Source of the DNA: an uncultured Clostridia bacterium
Lineage (GTDB): Bacteria; Bacillota; Clostridia; UMGS1883
Reading direction: 5' to 3'
Length of the DNA stretch: 64,000 nucleotides
NCBI GenBank assembly: GCA_947629005.1
Contig: CANRCD010000002.1
Location: 136,875-200,874 of the forward strand
The translations under genes and the position numbers were made by a program. Position 1 is the first letter of the stretch; each line of letters begins with the position of its first letter. The notes beneath the pieces are model-generated. The model was not told the origin of the DNA. It saw only the letters and a list, made by a program, of their open reading frames with translations, and did no database searches. Below are positions 8,025-17,500 of this stretch, piece after piece.

Positions 8025-10493
8025 ATGAAAAAGCTCGCGGCAATGCTTGCCGCCGTGGTGGCGCTGACCTCGCTGAGTATACCCGTCACGGCGGAAAATT
8101 TCAAAAACGTCATCGTGGACGGCAAAACCGTCGCCTTTAAGGACGTTGAGTCGCAGATAGTTGGCAATTACGTCATGCTTCCGGTTCGCTTTGTTTCCGA
8201 GGCAATGGGCTGCACCTTTACGTGGAAGCCCGAGCAGAAGAAAGCCTTTGTCGCGGCTGACGGCTTCGAGGCGGTGTTCACCGTGGGCAGCAAAGAGGCC
8301 GAATATATCGTGAACGGAGAAAAGACCGCCGTCCTCATGGACGCGGCGGCGGTACTGACGAACAACCGTATGCTGCTGCCCGAGAGCGCTCTCAAAAGCC
8401 TTGCCGTTATGGTGGGCTATAACGTCCTGCCCGAGGATGCGGACAGGAGCATAATCATAACTTCGCCCGACGCCGTCAGCGTTACGGTGGGCGGCAAAGC
8501 TGTGGAATACGAGGCCTGCGCCCCTGCGCTGGTGGGCGATACGGCAATGGCGCCGGTGCGCTTTGTGGCCGGCGCAATGGGGCTTGACTTCGCTTGGGAC
8601 GCCAAGACGGGCGTCGCCAAGGTGACAAAGGACGGCCTCGAGGCTGTGTTCACCGTGAATAATGACTCCGTAAGGCTTGGCCAGACCGGCGTTTATAAGG
8701 CTGAAAGGCGCATAATGCTCAACGGCGGCAGGCTTTACGCTCCGCTGAAGGCCATCGCGGAAACGGCCGCTTTCTTCGGAGCCGAAACCCAGCTTGAGGA
8801 TAATACCCTCGCCATAACCCCCGCCAAGCCCTACAAAGTCTCGGTGGGCGGCGAGGCCGTGACCTTTCCCGACGTGCAGCCGCTTGAAAGGGACGGCGTG
8901 CGGCTGATACCGCTGCGCGCCCTCTGCGATAAGGCGGGCTTCAAATTCCTGTGGTTTGCCGCCGACGGCTACGCCAAAATTTCCAACAAGGACGAATCGA
9001 AGTACGTTCTGCTCTACGCCGGCGCGGACGAATATGCCGAATACACCCGCAATGTCGAGAGCGGCCGAGTACGGCCCGACTATCCCGCCACCCTCGTGGG
9101 AGACAGACTTTTGGCCTCTATCGACACCGTTATAAAGCTGGCGGGCTTCTTCGGCCGCAGCGCCGCCGCGAGCGATATCGGACTTGAAATTGATCCCTCC
9201 GACAGCGGCAGGGCCGATGACAACATTGTCGTTGAGGAGGAAAAGAACGACGTCAAGGTCACCTATAACGGCGCAGAAGTCGTTTTCCCCGACGCGGGCT
9301 GCATAATTCAGGAGGGCCGCGTGCTCATTCCCGTCCGCGCCGTGGTCGAGGCCATGCAGATGAAGGTAGACTGGGACGGCCAAGGCCGCGCCGCCACAAT
9401 AGACAATCAGGGCGATAAACTCAAGATAACCGTTGACAGCGCGACAATGGAGGGCCAAAAGGACGGCGGCAGCCAATCCGTGGAGCTTGACGTCCCCGCC
9501 GTGATAATCGACAGCCGCATTTATGTGCCCGTCCGCGCCGTGATGGAATTTTTCGGCGCTACGGTCAACTGGGAGGGCAGCACCCGTACCGTTATTATCA
9601 ACGATGACTTGTCCCAAGGCTCCGAACAGACTGCTCCTCAGCCCGAAACACAGCCCGACGGCCTTGCCTTGCTCGGCTTTGCTGTCGGAGCTCCCGAGGG
9701 GGCCGAAAGTGTGGTAAGTGCCGCGGAAAACGGCTGTGCAAGGGTGGAATTCACTATGGGCGGCATCAGATATATTCTGCTCGCCTCCGGCAACGGAACG
9801 GACGTTTCTTCCCGCTACGGCGCCGAGGAAGGCCGCGCCCTAAGCTACGGCGTCACCGTGAACGGAGTCGATACCAAAATCAACGCCGCCGCTCTGGCGG
9901 CGGGCGGCCAGCTCGCCCGCTGGGAGATAGGCGCGTATAAGTTCAGCCTCTACACCGCCGGCGAGGTATCCCGCTCGGATATGTTCTCGACGGCGTCCAA
10001 GGCCGCGCAGACCTTTGTTATAACCCGTGAGGTGGAGGAAAACAACAAGGACGAGGGCCCCACGGCCCAGCTTCCGAACCCCGTGGTTCCCTCCGGCGGC
10101 GACTTCTCGGCTATAGGCATGGCTCTCTCCGCTCCCGAGGGGGCCGAGTCTGCCGAATACAGCGTCATTGCGGATAAGGTGGCGCAGTCTGTGTTCACAT
10201 ACGGCGGAGCCTCCTACACCTTCCGAGGCGGCGTGACCGGAGGCGATGTTTCGGGCGTGTATTCAGCTCTTGAAGAGGGCTATGACATAATTGCCGCCGA
10301 ATCGGACGGAGCGGCTGTATCTGTTGTGGCGCGCAAAATTGTGGGCGGGGGCCGTCTTGCCACTTGGAACGCCGGCGGGGCAAGCTTTTCGCTCTTTACC
10401 GAGGCAAATACCTCCGACGAGGAGTTTGAAGGGCTCTGCAAGCTCTGTGCCGCCTCGGGCAAAAGTCTTAAGACGGGCGGAGGACAGGACTGA
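8025..10493 (+). CDS. Secreted protein with tandem copper-amine-oxidase N-terminal-like ('stalk') domains and two copies of an unknown roughly 120-aa C-terminal domain
   Basis: Signal peptide MKKLAAMLAAVVALTSLSIPVTA. Recurrent …V(P/A)LR(F/A)V.EA(M/L)G..(F/V).WD… motifs. C-terminal repeats each start …GAPEGAES…. Confidence 0.8.
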   Translation: MKKLAAMLAAVVALTSLSIPVTAENFKNVIVDGKTVAFKDVESQIVGNYVMLPVRFVSEAMGCTFTWKPEQKKAFVAADGFEAVFTVGSKEAEYIVNGEKTAVLMDAAAVLTNNRMLLPESALKSLAVMVGYNVLPEDADRSIIITSPDAVSVTVGGKAVEYEACAPALVGDTAMAPVRFVAGAMGLDFAWDAKTGVAKVTKDGLEAVFTVNNDSVRLGQTGVYKAERRIMLNGGRLYAPLKAIAETAAFFGAETQLEDNTLAITPAKPYKVSVGGEAVTFPDVQPLERDGVRLIPLRALCDKAGFKFLWFAADGYAKISNKDESKYVLLYAGADEYAEYTRNVESGRVRPDYPATLVGDRLLASIDTVIKLAGFFGRSAAASDIGLEIDPSDSGRADDNIVVEEEKNDVKVTYNGAEVVFPDAGCIIQEGRVLIPVRAVVEAMQMKVDWDGQGRAATIDNQGDKLKITVDSATMEGQKDGGSQSVELDVPAVIIDSRIYVPVRAVMEFFGATVNWEGSTRTVIINDDLSQGSEQTAPQPETQPDGLALLGFAVGAPEGAESVVSAAENGCARVEFTMGGIRYILLASGNGTDVSSRYGAEEGRALSYGVTVNGVDTKINAAALAAGGQLARWEIGAYKFSLYTAGEVSRSDMFSTASKAAQTFVITREVEENNKDEGPTAQLPNPVVPSGGDFSAIGMALSAPEGAESAEYSVIADKVAQSVFTYGGASYTFRGGVTGGDVSGVYSALEEGYDIIAAESDGAAVSVVARKIVGGGRLATWNAGGASFSLFTEANTSDEEFEGLCKLCAASGKSLKTGGGQD

Positions 10494-11086
10494 TGAGACT
10501 TATCGCGGCCACGCACAACAAGAATAAGCTCAGGGAATTTAAGGAGATACTTGGCCCTCTGGGCTACGAGGTAGTCGGCGAGGACGAGGCCGGCGCCGAT
10601 ATCGAGGTGGAGGAGACCGGCACTACCTTTGAGGAAAACGCCCGTCTTAAGGCCGAGGCCATACACGCCGCCACCGGCGCGGCCGTTGTGGCTGACGACA
10701 GCGGTCTCTGCGTGGACGCTTTGGGCGGAGAGCCCGGGGTGTTCAGCGCCCGATACGGAGGACTTGATACGGATGGAGCGCGAGTGGAGCTTTTGCTGAA
10801 AAATCTTGCCGGCGTGTCCCGGGAAAAGCGCACGGCGCGGTTTATGTGCGCCATCGTGTTTATAGGCGCGGACGGCGGCCTCGTCGCCTCTACAGGCAGC
10901 GTGGAAGGCTATATTACCGAGGCTCCCGAGGGTGAGAACGGCTTCGGTTACGATCCGGTGTTCTTCTCGCCGGAGCTTGGCAAAACCTTCGCCATGGCCT
11001 CCGCCGCCGAGAAAAACGCCGTCAGCCATCGGGGCCGCGCCCTCGCCGGACTTGCCGAGGCGCTTAAATACACGCCGGATAATTAA
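10493..11086 (+). CDS. rdgB: Non-canonical purine NTP pyrophosphatase (RdgB/Ham1 ITPase)
   Basis: MRLIAATHNKNKLREFKEIL…ADDSGL…FGYDPVF are Ham1 motifs. The start overlaps the upstream stop (TGATG). Confidence 0.9.
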   Translation: MRLIAATHNKNKLREFKEILGPLGYEVVGEDEAGADIEVEETGTTFEENARLKAEAIHAATGAAVVADDSGLCVDALGGEPGVFSARYGGLDTDGARVELLLKNLAGVSREKRTARFMCAIVFIGADGGLVASTGSVEGYITEAPEGENGFGYDPVFFSPELGKTFAMASAAEKNAVSHRGRALAGLAEALKYTPDN

Positions 11087-11136
11087 ACTGAGCAAAACTT
11101 TTAATGCTGAAAGCGTAAGCGTAAGCGTAAAATAAA

Positions 11137-11157
11137 GGGCGGGCCGTCGGCCCGCCC
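11137..11157. terminator. Bidirectional GC-rich terminator hairpin
   Basis: GGGCGGGCC-gtc-GGCCCGCCC. The T-run AAAATAAA/TTTATTTT lies on the side serving the minus-strand small peptide gene. Sits between rdgB and that gene. Confidence 0.6.
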
Positions 11158-11169
11158 GCGTCCCGCCGC

Positions 11170-11331
11170 TTAGTTGCAGCAGCAGTCGTTGTTATTGTTG
11201 TTGCAGCAGGGGTTGCAGCAATCGTTGTTGCAGCCGCAGCCGCAGCCAAAGCCGTTGCCGGCATAGCCGAGGAGGATAATGATTATGATTATCCATACGA
11301 TCCACTGGTAGCCGTTGTTGTATCCGAACAT
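11170..11331 (-). CDS. Unannotated 53-aa small membrane peptide: Gly/Tyr-rich N-terminus, one transmembrane helix, Cys/Asn-rich tail (YjcZ/'tiny TM'-like architecture)
   Basis: Manual translation of the minus strand gives MFGYNNGYQWIVWIIIIIILLGYAGNGFGCGCGCNNDCCNPCCNNNNNDCCCN. AAAAGGAG lies 8 nt upstream of the ATG. A terminator hairpin follows and a TATAAT lies about 58 nt upstream. Below the 60-aa track cutoff. Confidence 0.6.
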   Translation of the reverse strand: MFGYNNGYQWIVWIIIIIILLGYAGNGFGCGCGCNNDCCNPCCNNNNNDCCCN

Positions 11332-11472
11332 AAATTTTTTCTCCTTTTAATTTTGATTTTGCAGACGGTTTTTTATGCCGTTTACAGTATTATACTATGA
11401 AAAATGTCGAAAAGTGTTCCATTGTTTTAGTGTAAATCCTTTGGCTATGGAAATAATAAAGCTGAAGCCAAA

Positions 11473-11880
11473 ATGAAAGGATGGAATATCTTGAAACGAC
11501 TTTTGTTCATTGTTGCGGCGCTGGTCGTTGCGCTCTCCGGCTGCGGAGACAAAAACGACAACTCAGCCGCCAATAACTCCGGCCAGACTACGGCCGGCAC
11601 TCAGAATTCCGAGGGCCGTTCTCCCGCCGGAGACCTTGACCTTTCGGACGACGACGGCGACGGAAAGATCGACAAGAACGGCGACGACGGCAGAACTGCC
11701 GGCAACACGGCCACCGACGGCGACGCCGCGGGCAGCGGCATGATGCATGACGCCGGCAACGCCGTGGACGACGCGGCTAACGGCGTGGGCAACGCCGCCA
11801 AGGACGTTGTGGACGGCGCCGAGAACATGATTGACGACGTTACCGGCAACTCCAACAGAACGGTTAACAACAATAACTGA
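11473..11880 (+). CDS. Lipoprotein, low-complexity Asp/Gly/Asn-rich with calcium-binding-loop-like DxDGDGKID motif
   Basis: Lipobox …VVALSGC. Alternative TTG start at 11491 with AAAGGA upstream. DDDGDGKIDKNGDDG resembles an EF-hand/dockerin calcium loop. Confidence 0.65.
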   Translation: MKGWNILKRLLFIVAALVVALSGCGDKNDNSAANNSGQTTAGTQNSEGRSPAGDLDLSDDDGDGKIDKNGDDGRTAGNTATDGDAAGSGMMHDAGNAVDDAANGVGNAAKDVVDGAENMIDDVTGNSNRTVNNNN

Positions 11881-11935
11881 CAAATCGGGGCGTGAGCCCC
11901 GTACATAAATAAAGAGAGAATAAGGAGGAATAGCC

Positions 11936-13186
11936 TTGCAGATAGTGAATCATAATCTGAAGAAAGGCATAGATCTGTATTTCATAAAAGACGGCAAATT
12001 CAAAACATACATGGCGAGCGTGCTCTTTCATCGCCCGCTGAGCCGTGAGAGCGCGTCGAAGGGAGCGCTGCTGGCGCAGGTTTTGGGGCGCGGGAACGAG
12101 CTTTATCCCACGGCAAGGGAACTCGACATGGCGCTTGAGGAGCTTTACGGGGCTTCGCTCTACTGCACGTCGGGAAAGCGCGGCGCGGAGCAGATTATCA
12201 GGGTCGCGGCGGAGGCTGTCAGTGACGAGTTTCTGCCCGCTCCCGCCTTTGACAAAGTAGCGGAGCTGCTCTTTGCCGCCGCCTTTAAGGGGGGCGTCCG
12301 CTCGGCGGTGGAGAGGGAAAAGAAAAACCTGATTGACAGAATACGCGGACAGATAAACGACAAGCGCGTCTATGCCATGCGCCGCCTTGACGAGGAGATG
12401 TTCAGGGACGAACCGTGCGGCGTGAACACTCTGGGCTACGAGGAGGATGTGGAAAGGCTCACCGCAGACGAGCTTTTCCGCTTTTATGACGACGTAAAAA
12501 GCTCCTCGGCCATAAGCATAATTTTCACCGGCAATTTTGACGAGGCTATGGCCGAAAAGGCCGCCCGTGAAGCGGTTGCCGGCCTTCCCGAGAGGGAGGC
12601 GGGCCGCACTTTGGCTGAGATAAAGGCCGATGTGGGCGAGGTCAGGCGCGTTACCGACCACATGGACGTTACGCAGGGCAAGCTGACGATGGGCTTCCGC
12701 ACCGGCGTTGAACCCACGGGGCCGCTGGCCTATCCGCAGATGGTGTTTAGCTGCCTTTACGGCGGCGGGCCCGACAGCAAACTGTTTGAAAACGTGCGTG
12801 AAAAGCTCAGCCTTTGCTACTACGCCTCGGCTTGGGCCGACCGCCTGACTGGCGTATTGCGCGTGTCCAGCGGAATTGAGTTCCGGAATTTTGACGCGGC
12901 TTATAACGAGATAATGGCACAGCTTCAGGCAGTAAAGGACGGCGATTTCACCGACAAAGAGGTCGATGTGGTGAAGAAACAGATCGTCAATTCCTTCCGC
13001 TCCCGCGGCGACGCCGTGGAGGCTCTCGAGGACTACTACACCACTCAGTTGCTGCTGGGTGCCGATGTGAGCCTTGAGGAGGCCGCCGAAAGGATAGAGC
13101 GCGTGACAAGGGAAGAGATAATCGAGGTCGCGAACAGGGTGCGGATCGATACGGTCTACTTCCTCGCGGGAAAGGAGGAAAAGTGA
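11936..13186 (+). CDS. M16-family (pitrilysin-like) peptidase homolog that lacks the HxxEH zinc motif; probable non-catalytic partner subunit
   Basis: TTG start after AAGGAGG. M16 fold-like length and C-terminal domain, no HxxEH. Translationally coupled to the next gene. Confidence 0.7.
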   Translation: MQIVNHNLKKGIDLYFIKDGKFKTYMASVLFHRPLSRESASKGALLAQVLGRGNELYPTARELDMALEELYGASLYCTSGKRGAEQIIRVAAEAVSDEFLPAPAFDKVAELLFAAAFKGGVRSAVEREKKNLIDRIRGQINDKRVYAMRRLDEEMFRDEPCGVNTLGYEEDVERLTADELFRFYDDVKSSSAISIIFTGNFDEAMAEKAAREAVAGLPEREAGRTLAEIKADVGEVRRVTDHMDVTQGKLTMGFRTGVEPTGPLAYPQMVFSCLYGGGPDSKLFENVREKLSLCYYASAWADRLTGVLRVSSGIEFRNFDAAYNEIMAQLQAVKDGDFTDKEVDVVKKQIVNSFRSRGDAVEALEDYYTTQLLLGADVSLEEAAERIERVTREEIIEVANRVRIDTVYFLAGKEEK

Positions 13187-14460
13187 TGCGGTTTACAAAG
13201 CATACCGACGCTCTCCTTAAGGAGGACGTCTTTACCGCCGAACACAAGAGCGGCCTTAAGGTTATCGTAATAAAGAAAAACACCGAAAAGAGCTACGCTA
13301 CCTTCAGCACTCGCTACGGCTCCATCAATACAGAATTCGTCGTTCCCGGCGAGAACGAGACGACCAAGGTCATTGACGGAGTGGCCCATTTCCTCGAGCA
13401 TAAAGTGTTTGAGCAGCCCGACGGCACCAGCGCGTTCGCGCTGTTCAAGGGCGCCGATGTGAACGCCTTTACCAGCTTCGGCGTGACAAATTACCTTTTC
13501 AGCTGCACTGACTATTTTTACGAGAATTTCAGGAACCTCCTCAGCTACGTGCAGACGCCCTACTTCACTCCCGAAAACGTGGAAAAAGAGAAAGGTATCA
13601 TTGCGCAGGAGGTTCGTATGTACGACGACGACGCGGGGCAGGTCTGCTTCTACAACTGCATGAAGGGCCTTTATAAGAACCACCCCGTCCGCACCGAGAT
13701 AGCCGGTAGTGTGGAGGAGGTAATGAAAACCACCCCCGAGCTGCTGTATAAGTGCTACAACACCTTCTACCACCCGTCGAACATGGCCGTTATCTGCGTG
13801 GGCGACATCGACCCCGAGCGCCTCGGCGCGATAGTGGACGAGATGATAACCAAGGATAAGCCCGAGGGCGAGATAAAGCAGGTGTTCCCGGAGGAGCCCC
13901 GCGAGATCGTTACACCCTACAGCGAGGCGTTTTTCGAGATAGCCAAGCCCCAGTTCATGCTGGGCTTTAAGGACAATCAAACCGGCGGAGACCTCCTTAA
14001 GCGCGACATTGTGGCCTCCGCTCTGATACACACTCTCGCGGGCAGCAGTTCGCCCCTTTACGAAAGGCTGTATAACGGCGGTCTTATCAGCCGCGGATTC
14101 GGCGGTTACTATGACTACGAGCGCAGCTTCGCCTTTGCCGCCTTCAGCGGCGAAAGCTTTGAGCCCAAGACTGTGGCCGATGAGATAAAGGCCGAGATAG
14201 AGCGCGTCAAGGCCGAGGGCATAGATGCCGGCGCATGGCGCCGCGCCATGAACCTGCTCTACGGCCGCTATATCCGCCTTATGGGCGGCGATGTGGAGGA
14301 CATAGGCAACGAGTATATGTTCTCGTTTCACCGCGGTATCGAACTTATGAGCTACCCCGAGGTCTGGAAGTCCGTAACTGTGGCGGACGGCGAGCGCTTC
14401 CTCCGCGAGGTGCTTGTTCCCGAGCGGGCGTGCCTTAGCGTTGTCTACCCGAAAAATTAA
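13183..14460 (+). CDS. M16-family zinc peptidase (active subunit, HFLEH motif)
   Basis: GVAHFLEHKVF contains the inverted zincin HxxEH motif. Overlaps the upstream gene (GTGATG). Confidence 0.8.
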   Translation: MMRFTKHTDALLKEDVFTAEHKSGLKVIVIKKNTEKSYATFSTRYGSINTEFVVPGENETTKVIDGVAHFLEHKVFEQPDGTSAFALFKGADVNAFTSFGVTNYLFSCTDYFYENFRNLLSYVQTPYFTPENVEKEKGIIAQEVRMYDDDAGQVCFYNCMKGLYKNHPVRTEIAGSVEEVMKTTPELLYKCYNTFYHPSNMAVICVGDIDPERLGAIVDEMITKDKPEGEIKQVFPEEPREIVTPYSEAFFEIAKPQFMLGFKDNQTGGDLLKRDIVASALIHTLAGSSSPLYERLYNGGLISRGFGGYYDYERSFAFAAFSGESFEPKTVADEIKAEIERVKAEGIDAGAWRRAMNLLYGRYIRLMGGDVEDIGNEYMFSFHRGIELMSYPEVWKSVTVADGERFLREVLVPERACLSVVYPKN

Positions 14461-14483
14461 CAATTTTATTACAATATAATATA

Positions 14484-14512
14484 TTGACGCCGGACCGGTT
14501 TTTTGCTATAAT
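14484..14512 (+). promoter_or_regulatory. Sigma-A promoter TTGACG-17-TATAAT for the 14588 gene
   Basis: -35 at 14484-14489, -10 at 14507-14512, AT-rich surroundings. Confidence 0.55.
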
Positions 14513-14587
14513 ATAAAATGTAAAATAGCAAAATATCGTGTTCGGCGTTATTATTGCCAAGTCTTTACGGAAGGAAAGTGAATTATA

Positions 14588-17500
14588 TTGAAAATATTAA
14601 AACGCGGCCTTTCGGCCATAGTCGCGCTTATAATGATTTTGGTGTCCTTGCCGGCTCTTTCGGCAGGCGGCGTTTCGACCATGGCGACGGTTGCCAACCC
14701 CACGTTCTCATTCGCTCACAGAAGGACCGAAGCCGGAGTGGACGAGGTGGAGATTACCATAACCGGCCCCGCCGGCGCGGAAATATACTACACCATTCAG
14801 GACAGCAAGGCCGATGGTACGCCGTCCGCTCCGTCAAACCCGACAAACAAAAGCAACAAGTATGAAGCCCCCTTCCGCCACAGCGGAAACACGGGTTTTA
14901 CCATAAAGGCGGTAGCTTATGTTTCCGGCTCCGCGAGCAAGGTCTCCACGGCGCAGAAGCCTGCTTATCTTGCAACGCTGAGCTCGTCCATAGTAAAGGA
15001 CAAAGACGGTAAGGTCATAGCTAAGGATATACATGTAAATTTGGACGCTTACAAGTCCCTTAAAGGATATAAAAATATTGCCCTCAGATATACTCTTGAC
15101 GGCACAAAGCCTACCAAAAACTCTCCGATTTTGCCGACCACAACTCCGTACTTGAGGGTCAGTACCACGAAGATGTTATCGGTGAGCGCGGTATGCGATA
15201 ATTATAATGTTTGCTCCGAGCCGCATACCTCGAAAATCCAGTCGGATGAATGGCCGGAAATTGCGCCGAAGCTGCGCTTCACCGGAAGGGCCATTTACGG
15301 CGGCTGGGAGGTTTCGATCGCGCTTAATCCCGATGAGGATGAAAGCGGAAATATTCCCGAATATGAAGGAGTTGTTATCAACTACGCTACAAGAACAAGC
15401 GCCAGCTACGCTGATACTGATATATATTCCGTCAATACCAACGTCTATACAGGCCCCGTTACCTTAACGACAAAGGGGCGCAACTATTTGGGCGCTTACG
15501 CCAGCGGGGAAAATTATGCGCCCGGCTTTAAGGCGACTGCCAGCGTAGATGTGGGCGAATGCTCCAAGCCCACTATAACCGTGGGAAACGCTTCTAACGG
15601 CAGAAAAAAAGTGACTTTAACCACAAGCGAAACCAAGAGCGGCAATTACTCGCCAGAAATATACTATACCATTGACGGCACAAATCCCACTCCGACCGGC
15701 GGAATACGGTACGAGGGCGAGTTTTACATAGGAGAGAACTGTACCGTAAGGGCCATAGTTGCCCGCAAGGGCAGTATTTCCAGCAGCGTGGCTTCACAGC
15801 AAATCACAGCCTCCGGCGGTACGGTAATGGTCGAAGATCTTGCGGTGGACATCGCCCGAGTTGACGCCGTAAACGGCACCAGAAGCATTTACCTCTCCAC
15901 TAAAATGCCCAACGCGCAAATATACTATGACTATAAGCAGTTTTCTGAAAATGATGATGCCACGGCGGAAGCTTTAAAAATGGACGTAGGCAAAAACCGG
16001 CTTTATGACGGCCCCATAGTATTAGATGCGAATAAGGTTGGGAAAGAAAAGTATTACGCTGTATGCGCCGTGGCCTATTTTAACGATATGCACGGCGTCG
16101 TCAGAAGGGCTACCACTACCATTGACGAAATACAGCTTTCGGACTACCTTGAAACCCTGCCGAGCGGCGTTAGAACCGTTACCTTCAAGCCTGTTAGCGG
16201 CGCCGACATATACTGCGTTGTCAACTCGGGCACGACCAGCGGTACGAAAAATATCCCTATTGACGAAGAACACCGCTATATTTATCCTCTCACGATAGCC
16301 CAGCCCAGCACCGTCAGCACTGTTGTGCGCGACAGCGCCGGCAACAAGAGCGAGGTCGTTTCGTTTGGCGTCAATATTACGGACCCGTCGGCAAAGCCCG
16401 AGGCCCTGCCACCCGTGACGGTCAACTATGTGAGCGGCGGGCTGACGCTTGACTGCGCCGATGCCTCGGCCGACATCTTCTACATTTTGGACAATTCGGC
16501 GGATACTAAGGCCACCCCGACCATGGAGCGCTACGCCCGCGGCAGCACGATAAGCGCCGCCGATAAGGCATATATACACGCCGCGGCCATGAGGCCGGGC
16601 TATGAGACCAGTTACGTGACGCAGCCTGCCGTCTCCAGCAATATTACGCCCACTCCCACAATAACCGTTATCGGCCCCACAAACAATGAATATGCGGTTT
16701 CATTCACCGGTTCCGGCTCCGGCGCGGTATACTATTACACCACCGACGGAAGCGAGCCCAGCGAGTCCTCCCTAAGCGGCAGCTTTGCGACCGGACTCAG
16801 GAGAGGGCAGGTGGTAAAAGCTATGGCAGTGGTTGCCGGTAAAACCCCGAGCGATGTCGCGGCAAAAATTATCGGCGAGGAAACCGGCGTCTGCGGCGAT
16901 GTGAGCATAACCTCCGAAGGCTCGTACGGCGGAATAGAAGTGAAGCTCTCAACCATCACGCAGGGTGCCTATATTTACTACACCACCGACGGAAGCGAGC
17001 CTTCGCCCAAGAACGGCAGCCTTTATAACGGCAGCGGCGTACTCTTAAACCGCGGAGGCGAGATTACGCTAAAGGCCATAGCTACGTTCCCGGGCTTTGA
17101 AAACAGCGGCGTATCATCCAAAAGCTTCAAGCTGACCAAGCTGCAAAAGGTCGTGATAGGTAAAACCGGCAATATTTTAGAGCTCAAACGTGCAAACGGC
17201 GAGGTTGACGGCGTATCCTTCTTCTATACGCTTGACGGCTCCGACCCCGATGAACATTCCCAAGTCTGCGCCGACGGCGGTCAAATCACGCTGGATAATT
17301 CCGTTACGAGGAACGTAACGATTAAGATTATAACGGTGAAAAAGTCCGAAATATACGACGATGACGGCAATGTTATTGAGGGATACGCGCCAAGCGATAT
17401 CAGCGAAAGGATCTTCCAGGTAGGTCCGTCTCCCGAGAGACCGCATAAGGATAAGACGGAATTCGTTCTTGGCGGAGAGCTTGTGTATTTTTCCTGCCCG

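Noticed and set aside
8019-9617. Long antisense ORFs (for example 8019..9617-, 887..2023-, 13156..14463-, 44939..46141-, 35975..36850-, 59998..60324+) opposite well-supported genes
   Set aside because: High GC content suppresses stop codons on the opposite strand. These ORFs have no ribosome-binding site, no recognisable domains, and the opposite strand carries clear homology.
11113-11130. GCGTAA x3 tandem repeat
   Set aside because: It is too short and single-locus to be a CRISPR array or VNTR of note. It lies in an AT-rich spacer next to the terminator.
11064-11264. 66-aa track ORF (MPATALAAAAAATTIAATPAATTITTTAAATKRR…)
   Set aside because: It is the wrong frame of the Cys/Asn-rich peptide gene. 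The GCA/GTT/AAC repeats read as Ala/Thr runs, with no ribosome-binding site. The frame with RBS, ATG and terminator is the 11170..11331 peptide.
7353-11331. Radical SAM plus Cys-rich peptide as a RiPP cluster
   Set aside because: The two genes are 3.2 kb apart on opposite strands with rdgB and a stalk protein between them. The radical SAM is the small TatD-associated type and lacks a SPASM/RRE domain. Kept only as a low-probability note.
14554-14865. 103-aa ORF upstream of, and overlapping, the 14588 gene
   Set aside because: It is in a different frame, overlapping the promoter and signal peptide region of the well-supported 1,210-aa gene, and has no ribosome-binding site.
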